From Rebecca billardiae RCC1528 (lineage: Eukaryota > Protista > Haptophyta), in contig OZ251229.1 of the NCBI GenBank assembly GCA_965240325.2, forward strand, positions 1,798,001 to 1,862,000: a DNA stretch of 64,000 nucleotides, in the 5' to 3' direction. Positions 1 to 12,400 of the stretch are shown in pieces. Each line of letters opens with the position of its first letter. The first letter of the stretch is position 1. Both the position numbers and the translations under genes were made by a program. A model generated the notes under the pieces. The model saw nothing but the letters and a program-made list of their open reading frames with translations. It was not told where the DNA came from and ran no database searches.

Positions 1-3000
1 GCGGCGCAGGCGGTGGTGCACTCGGCGGCGGGCGCGACGGCGGCGACGGCGGCGGTGACGGCCCGGCACGCACGATCGCGAACTCGCCCTCCAGGTTGTC
101 GTAGTGCGAGCCGTCGCGCGCCGACGCGCACGCGCCGTCGACGCGGTCGGTCGAGCTCGCGCGGTCCTCGAGCGACACGCGCACCGCCGCGCGCTCGGCG
201 CACGCGCTCGGCGGCATCGCGTACACCCACGCGTCTGTGTTCAGCGCGTCGAGCTCGAGCTCGGCCGGCGCGTACTCGCGGCGCAGCACGGGCGCGAAGT
301 CGGCGCCGCCGAGCGCCACGGCGAGCTGCACGCTCACGCCGTGCGCCTCGGTGAACGTGCCGCTGCGCACGGGCACGAAGCGCCACTCGATGCGCAGCTC
401 GCCCGCGACGTCGGTCGCAGCGAGCGAGAAGGACTCAAGCCGGTCGTCGGCGCGCGCTCCGCGGCGGCACGCCGAGCCTGGCAGCAGGCCGTCGAACGCG
501 CCGCCGACGACGGCCACGCCGGAGCAGAGCGGCGGCGCGGGCGGCGCGGGCGGCTGCGCGGGCGGCACGGGCGGGCCGGGCGGCGGCTGCGCGGGCGGCG
601 GCGGCGTGGGCCCGCTCGGACAGCCTGTGACTGTGAGCGCGTACGATCCCTCGAGCGTCGAGAAGCCCTCGACGAGCGCGTAGTACGTCACGCCGGCGGG
701 CACGGCGACGCTCAGCAACGAGGCCAGGCCGCAGCCACCATCATCGTCCGCCGCCACCTCCGTCGCGCCCTCGCCGTCAGGGCAGCCGTCGTACACACGC
801 AGGTACGTGTCGAATGACGAGCCGCACGTGTCGAGCGTCGCCTCCCAGCCAGCCGACCCGCCCTCGAGGGCGTACACGTGCTCGCCTGACGGGTTGCCCA
901 CGAGGCTCGGCGCGCCGATCGTGCTGCCGCCCGCAGGCGCGGCGCACGACAGCAGCCCGCGCGACATGGCGCACGCAACTGGCAGCGGCGTGGGCGGTGC
1001 CGGCGGCGCCGGCGGCGCGGGCGGCGGCGCGGGCGGCGTCGGCGGGCTCGGCGGCGGCGCGGGCGTGAGCGGGACGATTGCAAATGTGCCCTCCAAGTTG
1101 TCGTAGTGCGAATCATCCGCGTCGGTGCCGCACTCGCCCTCGAGCTCGTCCGACGGCCCCGCGCGGTCCTCGAGCGACACGCGCACGACCGCCTCGCCGC
1201 CGCACGCGCCGGGCGGGATCGTGAGCGTGTACGCGCCCGCGTTGCTGCCGTCGAGCGAAAGCTCAGCCGGCGCGTACACAGCAGCGTGCACCGTGCTATA
1301 CGGCCCGTCGCCGTACGCGACGAGCAGCTTGAGGCTGATGCCGTGCTCCTCCGTGTAAGAGCCGCTGCTCGAGGCGACAAACGACCACTCGACGAGCAGC
1401 TCGCCCGGCGTGCCCGTGCTGCCGAGCCGCAGCCACTCGAAGCGGTCGGCCGACGGCTCGCGCGTACACGCCGAGCCGGGCAGCAGGTCGTAGTACGTGC
1501 GCGGATCGTCGGGCGCCAGCGAGACGTCGCCACACCGCGGCGGCGCGGGCGGCGAGGGCGGCGCAGGCGGTGGCGACGGCGATGCGGGCGGCGGCACGGG
1601 CGGTGCGATGTGGGATGCGGCGCCGAGGCCGACGATTGCAAATGTGCCCTCCAGGTTGTCGTAGTGCGAGCCCGCGTCGGCCGTGCCGCACTCGCCCTCG
1701 AGCTCGTCCGACGGCCCCGCGCGGTCCTCGAGCGACACGCGCACGACCGCCTCGCCGCCGCACGCGCCGGGTGAAATCGTGAACGTGTGCGCGCCCGCGT
1801 TGCTGCCGTCGAGCGAAAGCTCAGCCGGCGCGTACACAGCAGCGTGCACCGTGCTGTACGGCCCGTCGCCGTACGCGACGAGCAGCTTGAGGCTGATGCC
1901 GTGCTCCTCCGTGTAAGATCCGCTGCTCGAGGCGACAAACGACCACTCGACGAGCAGCTCGCCCGGCGTGCCCGTGCTGCCAAGCCGCAGCCACTCAAAG
2001 CGGTCGGCCGACGGCTCGCGCGTACACGCCGAGCCGGGTAGCAGGTCGTAGAACGTGCGCGGATCGTCGGGCGCCAGCGAGACGTCGCCGCACAGCGGCG
2101 GCGCGGGCGGCGCGGGCGGCGCGGGCGGCGGCGCGGGCCACGTCGGGCAGCCGGTTGCGGTGAGCACATACGATCCCTCGTTTGATGCGAACCCCTCGAC
2201 GAGCGCGTAGTACGTCGCGCCGGCGGGCACGGCGACGCTCAGCAACGAGGCCAGGCCGCAGCTGCCATCGTCGTCCGCCGCCACCTCCGTCGCGCCCTCG
2301 CCGTCAGGGCAGCCGTCGTACACGCGCAGGTACGTGTCGAATGACGAGCCGCACGTGTCGAGCGTCGCCTCCCAGCCAGCCGACCCGCCCTCGAGGGCGT
2401 ACACGTGCTCGCCAGACGGGTTGCCCACGAGGCTCGGCGCGCCGATCGTGCTGCCGCTCGCGGGCGCGGCGCACGACAGCGGGCCGCGCGACGTGGCGCA
2501 CGCGGGCGGCGGTGGCGCGGGTGGCGGCAGCTGCGGCGACGACGGGTGCGGCGGGCGCGGCGGCGGCACGGGTGGCGCGGGCGGCGGCGGGCGTGCCGGT
2601 GGCGCAGGCGGCGGCGCGGGCGGTGCCGGCGGCTCTACCGGGAGCGGCGGCGGCGCGGGCGGCGCGCAGCCCACGAGGGCGAGCACGTACACGCCCTCGC
2701 TCGACGCGTACCCTTCGACGAGCGCGTAGTACGTCGCGCCGGCGGGCACGGCGACGCTCAGCAACGAGGCCAGGCCGCAGCTGCCATCGTCGTCCGCCGC
2801 CACCTCCGTCGCGCCCTCGCCGTCAGGGCAGCCGTCGTACACGCGCAGGTACGTGTCGAATGACGAGCCGCACGTGTCGAGCGTCGCCTCCCAGCCAGCC
2901 GACCCGCCCTCGAGGGCGTACACGTGCTCGCCAGACGGGTTGCCCACGACGCTCGGCGCGCCGACGGTGCTGCCGCCCGCGGGCGCGGCGCACGACAGCA

Positions 3001-5458
3001 GCCCGCGCGACGTGGCACACGCCGGCGGCGTTGGGTGCGGCGGGCGCGGTGACGGGCTCGGGGGCGGCGGCGGCAGCGATGGCGGCACTGGCGGAGCGGG
3101 CGGCGCGGGCGGCGACGGCGGCGGAGCGGGCGGCGCGGGCGGCGGCGCGGGCGGCGCGGGCACGCGCGACACCACGCCCTCCACGTTGTCGTAGTGCGAA
3201 TCATCCGCGTCGGTGCCGCACTCGCCCTCGAGCTCGTCCGAGGGCCCCGCGCGGTCCTCGAGCGACACGCGCACGACCGCCTCGCCGCCGCACGCGCCGG
3301 GCGGGATCGTGAGCGTGTGCGCGTCGTGCACGGGCACGCTCGGGCGCAGCCGCGAGGGCGGGTACGCGCGGCTGAGCACGCGCGTCCACGGGCCGCCGGC
3401 CCCGTCGGCGCCGAGCAGCAGCTGCACGTGCACGCCGTGCTCGGCGGTGAAGCCGCCATCACTCGGCACAAAGCGCCACTCGACACGCAGCTCGTCCGCG
3501 CCCGCCGCGCTCAGCCGCAGCCAATCGAAGCGGTCGTCCCAGAGGCTGCGCGCGCAGGGCGAGCCGGGGAGCAGGCCGTCGAACGTGCGCGCGCCGCCGC
3601 CGACGGCCACGCCGGAGCACAGCGGCGGCGACGGCGGCACGGGCGGCGCGGGCGGCGGGGTCGGCGCGCCCGGCGGCGGCGACGGATCACTCGGGCAGCC
3701 CGTGACTGTGAGCGCGTACGATCCCTCGAGCGTCGAGAAGCCCTCGACGAGCGCGTAGTACGTCACGCCGGCGGGCACGGCGACGCTCAACAACGAGGCC
3801 AGGCCGCAGCCACCGTCGTCGTCGGCCGCCACCTCCGTCGCGCCCTCGCCGTCAGGGCAGCCGTCGTACACACGCAGGTACGTGTCGAATGACGAGCCGC
3901 ACGTGTCGAGCGTCGCCTCCCAGCCAGCCGACCCGCCCTCGAGGGCGTACACGTGCTCGCCTGACGGGTTGCCCACGAGGCTCGGCGCGCCGATCGTGCT
4001 GCCGCTCGCGGGCGCCGCGCACGACAGCGGGCCGCGCGACACGTCGCACGGCGTCGGCGGCGGCGCGGGTGGCGGCGGCGCGCTCGGCGGCCTCGGCGGC
4101 GCGCTCGGCGGCGTCGGCGGGCTCGGCGGGCTGGGCGGCACGGCCGGCGGCGTGGGCGGCGCGGCCGGCGGCGCGGGCGGCGGCGAGGGCACGCCGCGGT
4201 AGGCCTGCAGCAGCCGGTCCGCATCCGTGATGATCGTGCCCTCCGCGCGCAGCCGGCCGGGCACCGCGGTGGCGAGCAGCAGCGCGCGCACCGCGCCGAC
4301 GCTCGCGCCGTCGCCGAGCGCGGCGACGAGCTGCGCAGCGACTCCGCTCACGTGCGGGCATGCCATCGACGTGCCCGACATGGTGGCCGTCGCGGCGGGC
4401 GCGCCGAGCCCCGCGCTGAGCACGTCCGAGCCGGGCGCGTACAGGTCGACGCACGGGCCGTGGTTCGAGAACCACGAGCGCGCGTCGAGCCGCGTCGTCG
4501 AGCCGACCGTGATCGCGCCGGGCGCGCCCGCGGGCGAGTAATTGCACGCGTCGTCGTTCTCGTTGCCGGCCGCGACGACCACCGTGACGCCCTCGGCGAA
4601 GAGCTCGGCGACCGCGGCGTCGATCGCGGCGGAGCGCCCGCCGCCGAGAGACATGCTCACCACCTTGCGCGCCGCCGGGTGCTCCGACACCCAGTCCAGC
4701 CCGGCCACCACAGAGTCGACGCTGCCGCTGCCGCCATCCGAGAGCACCTTCACCCCGTGGAGCGTCGCGCCGCGCGACACGCCGTAGTGCGCGCCGAGCG
4801 CCGTGCCCGCGCAGTGCGTGCCGTGGCCGTGGCCGTCGCTCGGGTCGGCGCCGCCGGTGAACGCGTCGTACCCGTCGCCCACCCGGTTGGCGAACTCGTC
4901 GTGCGCCGCGTACACGCCCGTGTCCACGACGAACACGTGCACGCCCGCGCCGTCGTGCTGCGGCGCAAACGCGCCGTCGAGCGGCAGGTCGGGCTGGTCG
5001 ATCCGGTCGAGGCCCCACGGCGTGGCGGGCGGCGCGGTCTCGGCGGATCTGGCGTCGAGCGCGCCGCCGCCGCCGTCGGCGCGGGGCTGCGCGCCGCCGC
5101 GCTGCCGCCGCCGCTTGGCCTCCAGCGCAGCCTTTGTCGCCTTTGCGTCGGGCGCGGCCGCCACGCGCCGCCGCGCGCCGATGGCGTACATCGCGATGTC
5201 GGGCTCGACCTGTGCGCCGAGCGCCTCGAGTGCAAACCGCGCCTCCGCGCCGAGCACCGCCGTGAAGCCGCGCAGCACCTTGCGGAACGTGCGCGACACG
5301 TTCAGCGCCGCGCGGGGGTGCGCCTCAGCCACGCGCCGCAGCGCGAGCAGCGGCGCGTCGGCTGCGGCCTGGCGGTCGAAGGTGACGACATACTTGGCAT
5401 CAGGCGCGTTGAGCGCGCCGCCGCTGAGCCCGAGCGCGGCCAGCGCCAGCGCGAGCAT
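1..5458 (-). CDS. Secreted subtilisin-like (S8, proteinase K-like) serine protease with I9-type prodomain and a tandem array of two alternating C-terminal domain types; 3' end lies outside the window
   Basis: ATG at 5458 gives [18 protein letters not shown] (signal peptide), then prodomain KYVVTF...[12 protein letters not shown]. Protease motifs: [14 protein letters not shown] (Asp), HGTHCAGT (His), [16 protein letters not shown] (Ser). The frame stays consistent to base 1; it is missing from the ORF track because no stop falls in the window. Confidence 0.93.
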   Translation of the reverse strand, partial: MLALALAALGLSGGALNAPDAKYVVTFDRQAAADAPLLALRRVAEAHPRAALNVSRTFRKVLRGFTAVLGAEARFALEALGAQVEPDIAMYAIGARRRVAAAPDAKATKAALEAKRRRQRGGAQPRADGGGGALDARSAETAPPATPWGLDRIDQPDLPLDGAFAPQHDGAGVHVFVVDTGVYAAHDEFANRVGDGYDAFTGGADPSDGHGHGTHCAGTALGAHYGVSRGATLHGVKVLSDGGSGSVDSVVAGLDWVSEHPAARKVVSMSLGGGRSAAIDAAVAELFAEGVTVVVAAGNENDDACNYSPAGAPGAITVGSTTRLDARSWFSNHGPCVDLYAPGSDVLSAGLGAPAATATMSGTSMACPHVSGVAAQLVAALGDGASVGAVRALLLATAVPGRLRAEGTIITDADRLLQAYRGVPSPPPAPPAAPPTPPAVPPSPPSPPTPPSAPPRPPSAPPPPAPPPTPCDVSRGPLSCAAPASGSTIGAPSLVGNPSGEHVYALEGGSAGWEATLDTCGSSFDTYLRVYDGCPDGEGATEVAADDDGGCGLASLLSVAVPAGVTYYALVEGFSTLEGSYALTVTGCPSDPSPPPGAPTPPPAPPVPPSPPLCSGVAVGGGARTFDGLLPGSPCARSLWDDRFDWLRLSAAGADELRVEWRFVPSDGGFTAEHGVHVQLLLGADGAGGPWTRVLSRAYPPSRLRPSVPVHDAHTLTIPPGACGGEAVVRVSLEDRAGPSDELEGECGTDADDSHYDNVEGVVSRVPAPPAPPPAPPAPPPSPPAPPAPPVPPSLPPPPPSPSPRPPHPTPPACATSRGLLSCAAPAGGSTVGAPSVVGNPSGEHVYALEGGSAGWEATLDTCGSSFDTYLRVYDGCPDGEGATEVAADDDGSCGLASLLSVAVPAGATYYALVEGYASSEGVYVLALVGCAPPAPPPLPVEPPAPPAPPPAPPARPPPPAPPVPPPRPPHPSSPQLPPPAPPPPACATSRGPLSCAAPASGSTIGAPSLVGNPSGEHVYALEGGSAGWEATLDTCGSSFDTYLRVYDGCPDGEGATEVAADDDGSCGLASLLSVAVPAGATYYALVEGFASNEGSYVLTATGCPTWPAPPPAPPAPPAPPLCGDVSLAPDDPRTFYDLLPGSACTREPSADRFEWLRLGSTGTPGELLVEWSFVASSSGSYTEEHGISLKLLVAYGDGPYSTVHAAVYAPAELSLDGSNAGAHTFTISPGACGGEAVVRVSLEDRAGPSDELEGECGTADAGSHYDNLEGTFAIVGLGAASHIAPPVPPPASPSPPPAPPSPPAPPRCGDVSLAPDDPRTYYDLLPGSACTREPSADRFEWLRLGSTGTPGELLVEWSFVASSSGSYTEEHGISLKLLVAYGDGPYSTVHAAVYAPAELSLDGSNAGAYTLTIPPGACGGEAVVRVSLEDRAGPSDELEGECGTDADDSHYDNLEGTFAIVPLTPAPPPSPPTPPAPPPAPPAPPAPPTPLPVACAMSRGLLSCAAPAGGSTIGAPSLVGNPSGEHVYALEGGSAGWEATLDTCGSSFDTYLRVYDGCPDGEGATEVAADDDGGCGLASLLSVAVPAGVTYYALVEGFSTLEGSYALTVTGCPSGPTPPPPAQPPPGPPVPPAQPPAPPAPPLCSGVAVVGGAFDGLLPGSACRRGARADDRLESFSLAATDVAGELRIEWRFVPVRSGTFTEAHGVSVQLAVALGGADFAPVLRREYAPAELELDALNTDAWVYAMPPSACAERAAVRVSLEDRASSTDRVDGACASARDGSHYDNLEGEFAIVRAGPSPPPSPPSRPPPSAPPPAP
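70..4050 (-). repeat. Intragenic domain repeats: four type-A (PPC-like) and four type-B units separated by Pro-rich linkers
   Basis: A units ([19 protein letters not shown]...YYALVEG) near 3700-4050, 2670-3020, 2140-2500 and 620-980 are almost identical in DNA. B units ([10 protein letters not shown]...SHYDN) lie near 3170-3620, 1630-2095, 1075-1540 and 70-530. Confidence 0.9.
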
Positions 5459-6282
5459 CTTCAGAGCCGCGGCGCCGGCCGAGCGCGCGCGCGCGGGCTA
5501 GGCGGGTGCTGTGGATCGCACGCGATGATCGAAGTCCGCGCTCTGAATCTCTTCGTCATTCGTCAATCGTCACCGCCCTCATTCGAATATGCATGATACG
5601 ACTATTTTTACTACTGGAAACGACGTTCTCGTTCTGTATAATATTCGCGTTGCCGAATGCCGAATGCCGATTCGCCGCATTACCGTATTGGATGCATCGC
5701 GCAGGTGCCGACGTTACTTACTTACGTCCGCATACCGTACGCGCAGCCGTGCGTGGCTCGCTGACAGCCCCCTCCGTCCCCTCCCCCGCGCAGGGATCGG
5801 CTAGTGGCTGGCCCTCTGCCCACACTGGGGCGCCCTAGGGGGTGCCCAGTCTGCCGACTCGGCTCAAACTCGATGATCTCGAATTGCAAGGCAGTGCACT
5901 GCTGGTACCTGGGACCACCCCACAGTGTTGGGCTTGTATGCTGTCGGCAATGGCATACCCCCGCCCCCTCTGGAGGCGGGCTGTCCACAGCGGAGTGGTG
6001 TCAAGGCACTCGGTGTATCGGTCAGTGGTTTGAGGTTGGGTGAGGGTGGTGGTTGGTTGGGGGCTGGCCAGGGTAGGGCTGGAGGCTTCGGCCGCCAGTC
6101 TGATCACCCGGAGCCCGTTATAAAGGGGAATTTAAAAAAAAACTGTGCTTCGGTAACGGCGGGATACTCACCATCACGCACCGTGCGTCCCTGCCCGGCC
6201 CGGGCTTGCCAGACGACGGTCGCGGCGGGGCGGCCCTTTGACAAATCCGCGCGGGCGGCTGGAGGAGGGCGACCCGGAAACC

Positions 6283-6631
6283 ATGTCGATCGTGCTCAAC
6301 GCCCTCGAGAAGGTTGGGGAAGGCGTGGAGCGCGTGGGCAAGCACATCCCCGGTACGACGCGCGTCGCGTCGTGTTCTGCCCCGCTCGCCTGAGCTCGCC
6401 GGTGGGCCCTGCAATCAGCGCAGCACGCGCGGATGCTGACGCGTGCATCCACACGCCTGATCCTGCCGCGCGCCAGGCTACGAGAAGTTCGACAAGGCCA
6501 TGCAGGTCGTGGCTGACAAGGTGAACGAGAAGCTCGGCCTCTCGGACGAATCACAGGACTCGGCCGTTGTGGCCGAGAGCGGCCTCATCAGCGGTTCCAC
6601 GGCGCGCTCGGACAGTGTAACGATGCTCTAG
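6283..6631 (+). CDS. Small two-exon hypothetical protein, 74 aa (exons 6283-6352, 6477-6631)
   Basis: ccATG context, GT donor at 6353, GCTGAC branch-like site, CAG acceptor at 6476. The spliced frame reads MSIVLNALEKVGEGVERVGKHIPGYEKFDKAMQVVADKVNEKLGL...TML* with GC3-rich codons. Confidence 0.7.
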
Positions 6632-6999
6632 TTAGTTGGGCACCTGTACGGAGTTGACGCTCGGCACGTGATCGCCAGTTGGGGGAATGTTGGCGGCCGA
6701 CAGGGTGAGCCCGTGGCGTGGGACCTCTGGACCGGCGGGCTTTTCGCAACGCACGCGGCAACTCTCAACTCGCCACTCCGCAGCCACCCGGCTCTGAGTC
6801 GACTGGGCGCTGCCAGGCGACAGTCCGACCAGGCACTTCAGTGCGTCGCTCAGCCTGTCAATGGCAGCAAGCTCTCGACGGCACCCGCGTCCCGCAGGCC
6901 CGCAGGCCGCGCGTGCTCTTCGAAGCGGTAACTTGACTTTCGGAGGAGGTACAGCCTGTGTTACGACGCCACTTACGTCCGGTCACGTCGTACGGTACT

Positions 7000-7100
7000 A
7001 TTAAGATTTAAGTATTATTAATAAATATTGTATTAATAAATTATTATTATTATTATTGTTGTTGTTGTTGTTGTTATTATTGTTATTATTATTATTAATC
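7000..7100. repeat. AT-rich (TTA)n/(TTG)n microsatellite
   Basis: ttattattat...gttgttgttg...ttattatt. Confidence 0.9.
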
Positions 7101-7434
7101 ATCTGAGACACAGAACTTACTGTACTCCACACGCAACTCATCACTCTCGGAGTGGCACGCGGGGAGCTCAGCGACAGCCACTAGCCGTGGCTGTGCCACC
7201 GTGGCGAATCATGTCCGGTACGGTTCCTCGTTACGCCGTGGCGCCCCCGGGGCCGGCCCCCGGGCTGGCATCATCAGCAGCCTCGAGGCGCCAAGCCTGC
7301 GTCGCTGCGGCCGCTGCCGTCGTCGCCCGCGCCGGAGTAGCCGCCACGCGGGCTGACGCTCGGCCCGCCTCGGATCAGCGCGTGGCCGCTCGTCGCGCGC
7401 ACGGCGGGCCCGGCGGCCGCGCAGCGCGCGCCGC

Positions 7435-8935
7435 TCACTCCTCCTTCCCCTTGGCGGGGGTGTTGAGCGCGTACACCTCGCCCGACGCGAGCTTGCGCTC
7501 GTACTCGTCGTAGCTCATCTCCTTGCGCTTCGCGCGCACCTCGAGCATCTTGGCGATCTCCTCCTTGGTCATGCTGCCCGTGTAGTCGACGTAGTGCTCG
7601 GCGAGCTTCTTAAAGTCGCCCGCGAGGAGGAAGATCGAGAGCTCGAGGATCGAGAGCTTCTGGAAGACGGAGGCCTTATGCCGCTTGAACTCCTCGAGCC
7701 GCGCCTTGTGCTCCTCTGGCAGGTCGCGGTGGTACACCGTCGTCGCGTAGTGGTGGATGTAGTGGTCGTCCTCGCCTGCACGCGCGCGCGGACGGCGGCG
7801 GACGGGGCGGAGGGAGGCGTTGAGCGCGCGCGGCGCGGCGGGCGCGGCGGGCGCGGCGGGCGGCGCGGCGGGCGGCGCGGCGCGGCGGGTGGCGCGCACC
7901 GAACGAGTCGTCGTCTCCGTTCACGATGCACGTCGAGTTGACCACCTCGATGGACTTGCCGTCCGCGTCGAACTCGATGAAGCCGTGGAAGCCAAAGTTG
8001 AGCAGCGCGAGGAAGAAGGTCATGCAGATCAGCGGCTGCAGGTAGATGAAGAAGACGAAGCTGAACGACTTGGTCAGCAGCAGCATCGCCGCCGGCACAT
8101 AGAGCCAGTACTGCATGCACCCGGTGCGCAGCTTGTCGTACATGCCTCGCCTGGGCGAGGCGCGGGCGGCGGCGGCGGCGGCGGCGCGCGGGTGAGCGGC
8201 GAGCGTGCGCAGCGCGGCGCGCGCGGGGCCCGGCGGCCCGGCCGGCCCGGCGCGCCGCGCGCGGCGCGCGCACCGGCCCGTCTTGTCAAAGTAGACGAGT
8301 GAGCTGTAGCCGACCATGTGCAGCATGATGCGGTAGACGTACAGCATGAAGTCGGAGAGCGAGGAGCGGTCGAGGTCCCACTGGTAGAACGTGTCGCCCA
8401 CGCCGCCGTCCAGCTTGTGGTGGATGTGCACGTGCGACGTCTGGAAGTTGTACGGAACGTTCCCGTACAGCACGCCCAGCCGGTTCTCAAACAGGTTGCC
8501 GACGAGCCGGCGGAACCACTTCTGGTAGAGCATGACGTTGTGGCCCTCCTTGTGCGCCATCGTGTACGCCGTCCCCATGCTCCGCCCGCCGAGGCCCACC
8601 CACAGGCAGTAGTACCCGAAGATGAGCCGCCACGTGAGCGCGCCGCGCGTCACCTGGTAGTACGCCATGTACGCAAACGAGAGGCTGATCGAGAGCGCGG
8701 TGAAGACGGACATGACGAAGAAGTCGTTGTACTTCTCCTTCTCGTACACGTACTTCGACGCGAACGCGCGCAGCGCCGGCCGGCGGTCGACGAACTCGAA
8801 GATCGGCTTGCCGATCGGCGAGAGGATGTACTTGTACAGCGTGCCCATCCCCGCGACCGGCACGGCCCAGTACGCGACGAAGTTGAGCGAGAGCACGACG
8901 CCCACGAGGTAGCGGAGGCCACGAGAGATCGCCAT
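7435..8935 (-). CDS. Membrane fatty-acid desaturase/hydroxylase superfamily protein (exons 8935-8274, 8150-7900, 7775-7435)
   Basis: His boxes HKEGH, HVHIHH and HYIHH (plus GFHGF) and hydrophobic segments. GTGCGC...CAG introns at 8273-8151 and 7899-7776 join two track ORFs in frame. Confidence 0.85.
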
Positions 8936-9458
8936 CCCGAGCGCGCGCTGTGTTCAGCCCCGCGCGAGTGCCCGGCTACCCTGTGCTGTGCCGCTGCGTC
9001 GGCGCACCGGTCCTCGGCCGAGAGCGCTGCGTAGCTCCACCAACCACAAGCGAGGCTTCTGGTGAAAGATGCACCGCCGATCCCGCTTTCTCGAGAGCAT
9101 CCGGGTCAAAATCGGAACCGGCCGCGATCACTTGTCCGGGCGGGAGGAGGGAGGGAGGCGGCCAGGCGGGCGGGCGCCGGGCGGCGGGCGCGTCCTGGCG
9201 CCGGTACCCACGCGGGTACCGGCGCCTATTCCCGCCAGGCTGATGTGAAATGTGAACAAGGACGGGGTTCAGATGTCAGAAGATTGAGTAGGATTTGAGG
9301 GCGGGTTAGATATCTAAGTAGATGGCCGACTATCTAATCAGTGTCGTCATCACAATGCGTCATCACAATCGTCATAAGCGGGGGGAGCGCTCACTTCCAC
9401 CAAAACCACACCGCGCCGCCGCGACGCGCGGGCGTGGTCCGCAGCTCGCGGCGCCGCG

Positions 9459-12400
9459 ATGGAGGCCGACGATCGGCGGCGCGCCCACGGGCCGTCGCCT
9501 CGGCCCGCGCTCGTCCCGCCGCCCGCGCCGCCGCCAGACCGCACGCGCCGCGGCGCAGCCGCGCGCGCTGCCCCTACGCCGCCGCCGCCGCCGCTCCTCT
9601 TCCTGAGCGAGGGCCACCAGATCCGGCTGGGCGCCGGGCTGCTCAGCGTGGTGTGGTTCGCCTTCTTCGTCGTCGCCGAGCGCCGCTGGGCCCGCGCGGC
9701 GGAGGGCCAGCGCGCGGAGGTCGCCTTCCTCGTCGCGGCCGCGTCGCTCGGGCTGGCATGGACGGGCCCGCTCACAATCCTCGCGGGCACGCGGCTGTAC
9801 CCGCGCGCGTACGCGCCGTGGCAGCCGTTCTGCGGCGGCTTCGTCTTCGAGATCCTGCAGGCCTTCGGCTGGCTCCTGTACAGCACCTCGCTGATGGTGT
9901 GCATGCTCTCGCTCGCCAATCTTAACTCTGCGCACTGGCGGCGCGCGCACGTCGACGGCGGCTTTGTCGCGCTCGGCGCGCTCGGCTTCGCGGGCGGCGC
10001 GCTGCTCAACCTCTCGCTCGACCACTTCGACGCGCGGCACTCGGCGCGCGCCGCCGCCGCCGCGCGCGCCGCGCCGCCCGCCGCCCGCCGCGCACACCAC
10101 TTTGAGCTCAGCTCGTCGCCGACGTCCCTGGTGTCCGCGCTGCTCGCCCTGACCGGGTTTGGCCTCTTCCTGTGCTGCGAGCTGTGCCGCGAGACGCTGC
10201 CGCCCGCGGCGCTGCCCATCTCGGCGCTGCCGTTCGCGCTCGCGGCCGCGCTCACGCAGTGCGTCAACGGCCCGGCCCACCTGCCCGCCTACCGCCCGTT
10301 CCAGCCGTTTGTGGGCGGCTCGTCGTTCGTGCTGTTGCAGGCGTTCGGGTGGTTGCTGCTGGGCGGCGTGGCGCAGGTGGTGGTGCTGCTGCCCGCCGGG
10401 CGGATCTCGGAGGTGGAGGGCGTGGTGCCCGCGTGCGGCGTGACCGGCCTCGCCTCGCAGCTCGTGCTGCTCGCCTCGCTCAAGTACTACGAGCCGCCGG
10501 CGCGCGCGCCGCCCGCCGGCGCGGCGCGCGCGGGCGGCGCCGGCGGCGCCGGCGCGGCGCGCGCCGGGCTGGGCGGCCGCGTGCTCGCGTGCGCCGAGGT
10601 GGTGCTCTCGCTGTGCTTCTGGGGCTGGGCGGCGTGCGCCTTCGTGCTCGGCTGCGCGCTCGAGCGCTGGCCCCGCGCCTCGCCGCTCGACGCCGCCGCG
10701 CTCCCGCCGCTCGCGCTGCTGTTGCTCGCGATCGCGCCGCCGTGCGCGCACCTCGCGGGCGTCAGGCTGCACGGCGGCGCCGGCTACCGCGCGTGGCAGC
10801 CCTTCTGCGGCGGCACGATGTTCTGCGTGGCGCAGGGCTTCGGCTGGATGCTGTACGGCTTCTTCGGCGTGCTGCTCCTCATGCGCGCGCGCGGCGCGCG
10901 GCGCGCGCCGCCGGGCGCGCCCGACGGCGGCGTCGGCGGCGGCGCGCCGGCCGGCGGCGGCGGCTCGCCGGCTGACAGCATCGCCTTCGCCATCGGCTCG
11001 CTCGCGTACGGGCTGCTCGTGCTGTCGCTCGAGCAGTGGGACCCGAAGTGCGCGGCGGGGCCGGGCGCGCGCGCGCGCGCCGCGCCGCCGGCGCGCGGCG
11101 CGCGCGCGCGCGCGCGCGGCGGCGCGTGGACAGGGGAGATGTGCGCCTCGGCAACGATGGCGGGCGCGGCGATGGCGCTGTGCGTGGCGCTCGACGCTTT
11201 GCGCGGGGCCGACCTGCTCCGCGCGGTGACGCCGCGCCTCGGCGCGGCGCGCGCGGAGGAGGCGGAGGAGCCGGGCGCGATGGCGGCCATGCTGCTCGCG
11301 AGCGCGACGGCGCTTTTCGGCATCGCCGCGGCGGTCGCGCACGTCGGCGCGGCGTGCCGGGTGCGCGGGTACGCGCTGTGGATGCCATTCGGCGGCGGCG
11401 ACGCGTTCGTCGCGCGGCAGGCGCTCGGCTGGACGGTGTGCGCGATGGCGCAGGCGCTGCTGTGGGTCCTCGTGCTCACGCGCATCGAGACGCTGCCGTG
11501 TGGCGGGATGATCTCCGCGGCGGGCGCGCTCGCGGGATGCGCGCAGGCGCTCTTGCTCGCCTCGCTCGGCCACTTCGAGTCCGGCGACGGCGACGGCGGC
11601 GCGCGGCGCGCGAGCGCGGCGGAGCGCGCCGCCGCCGCCGCCGCCGCGCGCGCGGACGAGCAGCAGCACGCCGCCGCGGCGCTCGGCGGCGCGCGCGGCG
11701 GGGCGCTCGCGCCGCCGCGCGGCGCGCGCTGCCTCGCGCCGCGCTCGCCGCGCGCGGTGCAGCTCGTCAACAGCTGCCTCGTCCTCGTGAGCACCGGCTG
11801 CGTGCTCGCCGCCGACGCGCTCCGCGGCCCGCAGCCGCAGGTCGCGCAGGTCGCGCTGGCGACCGGCGCGATCCTCGGCTGCCACACGCTCGCGTGCTCG
11901 CACGCGTGCCTGGGGCCGACGCTGCACAGCGGCAGTTACAGGCTCGTGCAGCCGCTCGCCGGTGGCCGTTACTTTGTGGCGCTGCAGGCCGCGGGCTGGG
12001 CGTGCTGCGGCGTCGCGCTGGTCGGCGCGCTGACCGCGCTGTACGCGCGCGTGGGCTCGGTGCCCATGGACGGGGTCGTCTCGACCATCGGCGTGCTTCT
12101 CTTGATCGCGCAGTTGCTGGTGGGGTTAAGTGTGCATGTGTTCAGGCCGCCGCAGCCGCCGCCGCCGCCGCGGCCGCAGCCGCCGCAGCCGCGGCCGCAG
12201 CCGCAGCCGCAGCCGCAGCCGCAGCCGTGGCGCGCGGCGCGACCGGGCCGCGCGCCGCCGCTGCACGCGACTTCGGCGCAGCTCGTCGCCCTGGCGATGG
12301 CCGCGTCTTCGCTCGGCCTGTTCACAGCCGCCGACCTCGCGCCCCGCGCGCAGCTCGGCGCGGACGGCGCGCTGCGCGGCGTCCCCACCGAGCCCATCAT

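Noticed and set aside
620-4050. Regularly recurring ~300-bp direct repeats as a CRISPR-like or non-coding array
   Set aside because: They are in-frame protein domain repeats of the minus-strand protease; there is no short repeat-spacer structure and no cas genes.
13-5596. Many plus-strand and alternative-frame Arg/Ala-rich ORFs
   Set aside because: They are shadows of the real minus-strand CDS in very high-GC DNA; the same applies to most overlapping ORFs in the track.
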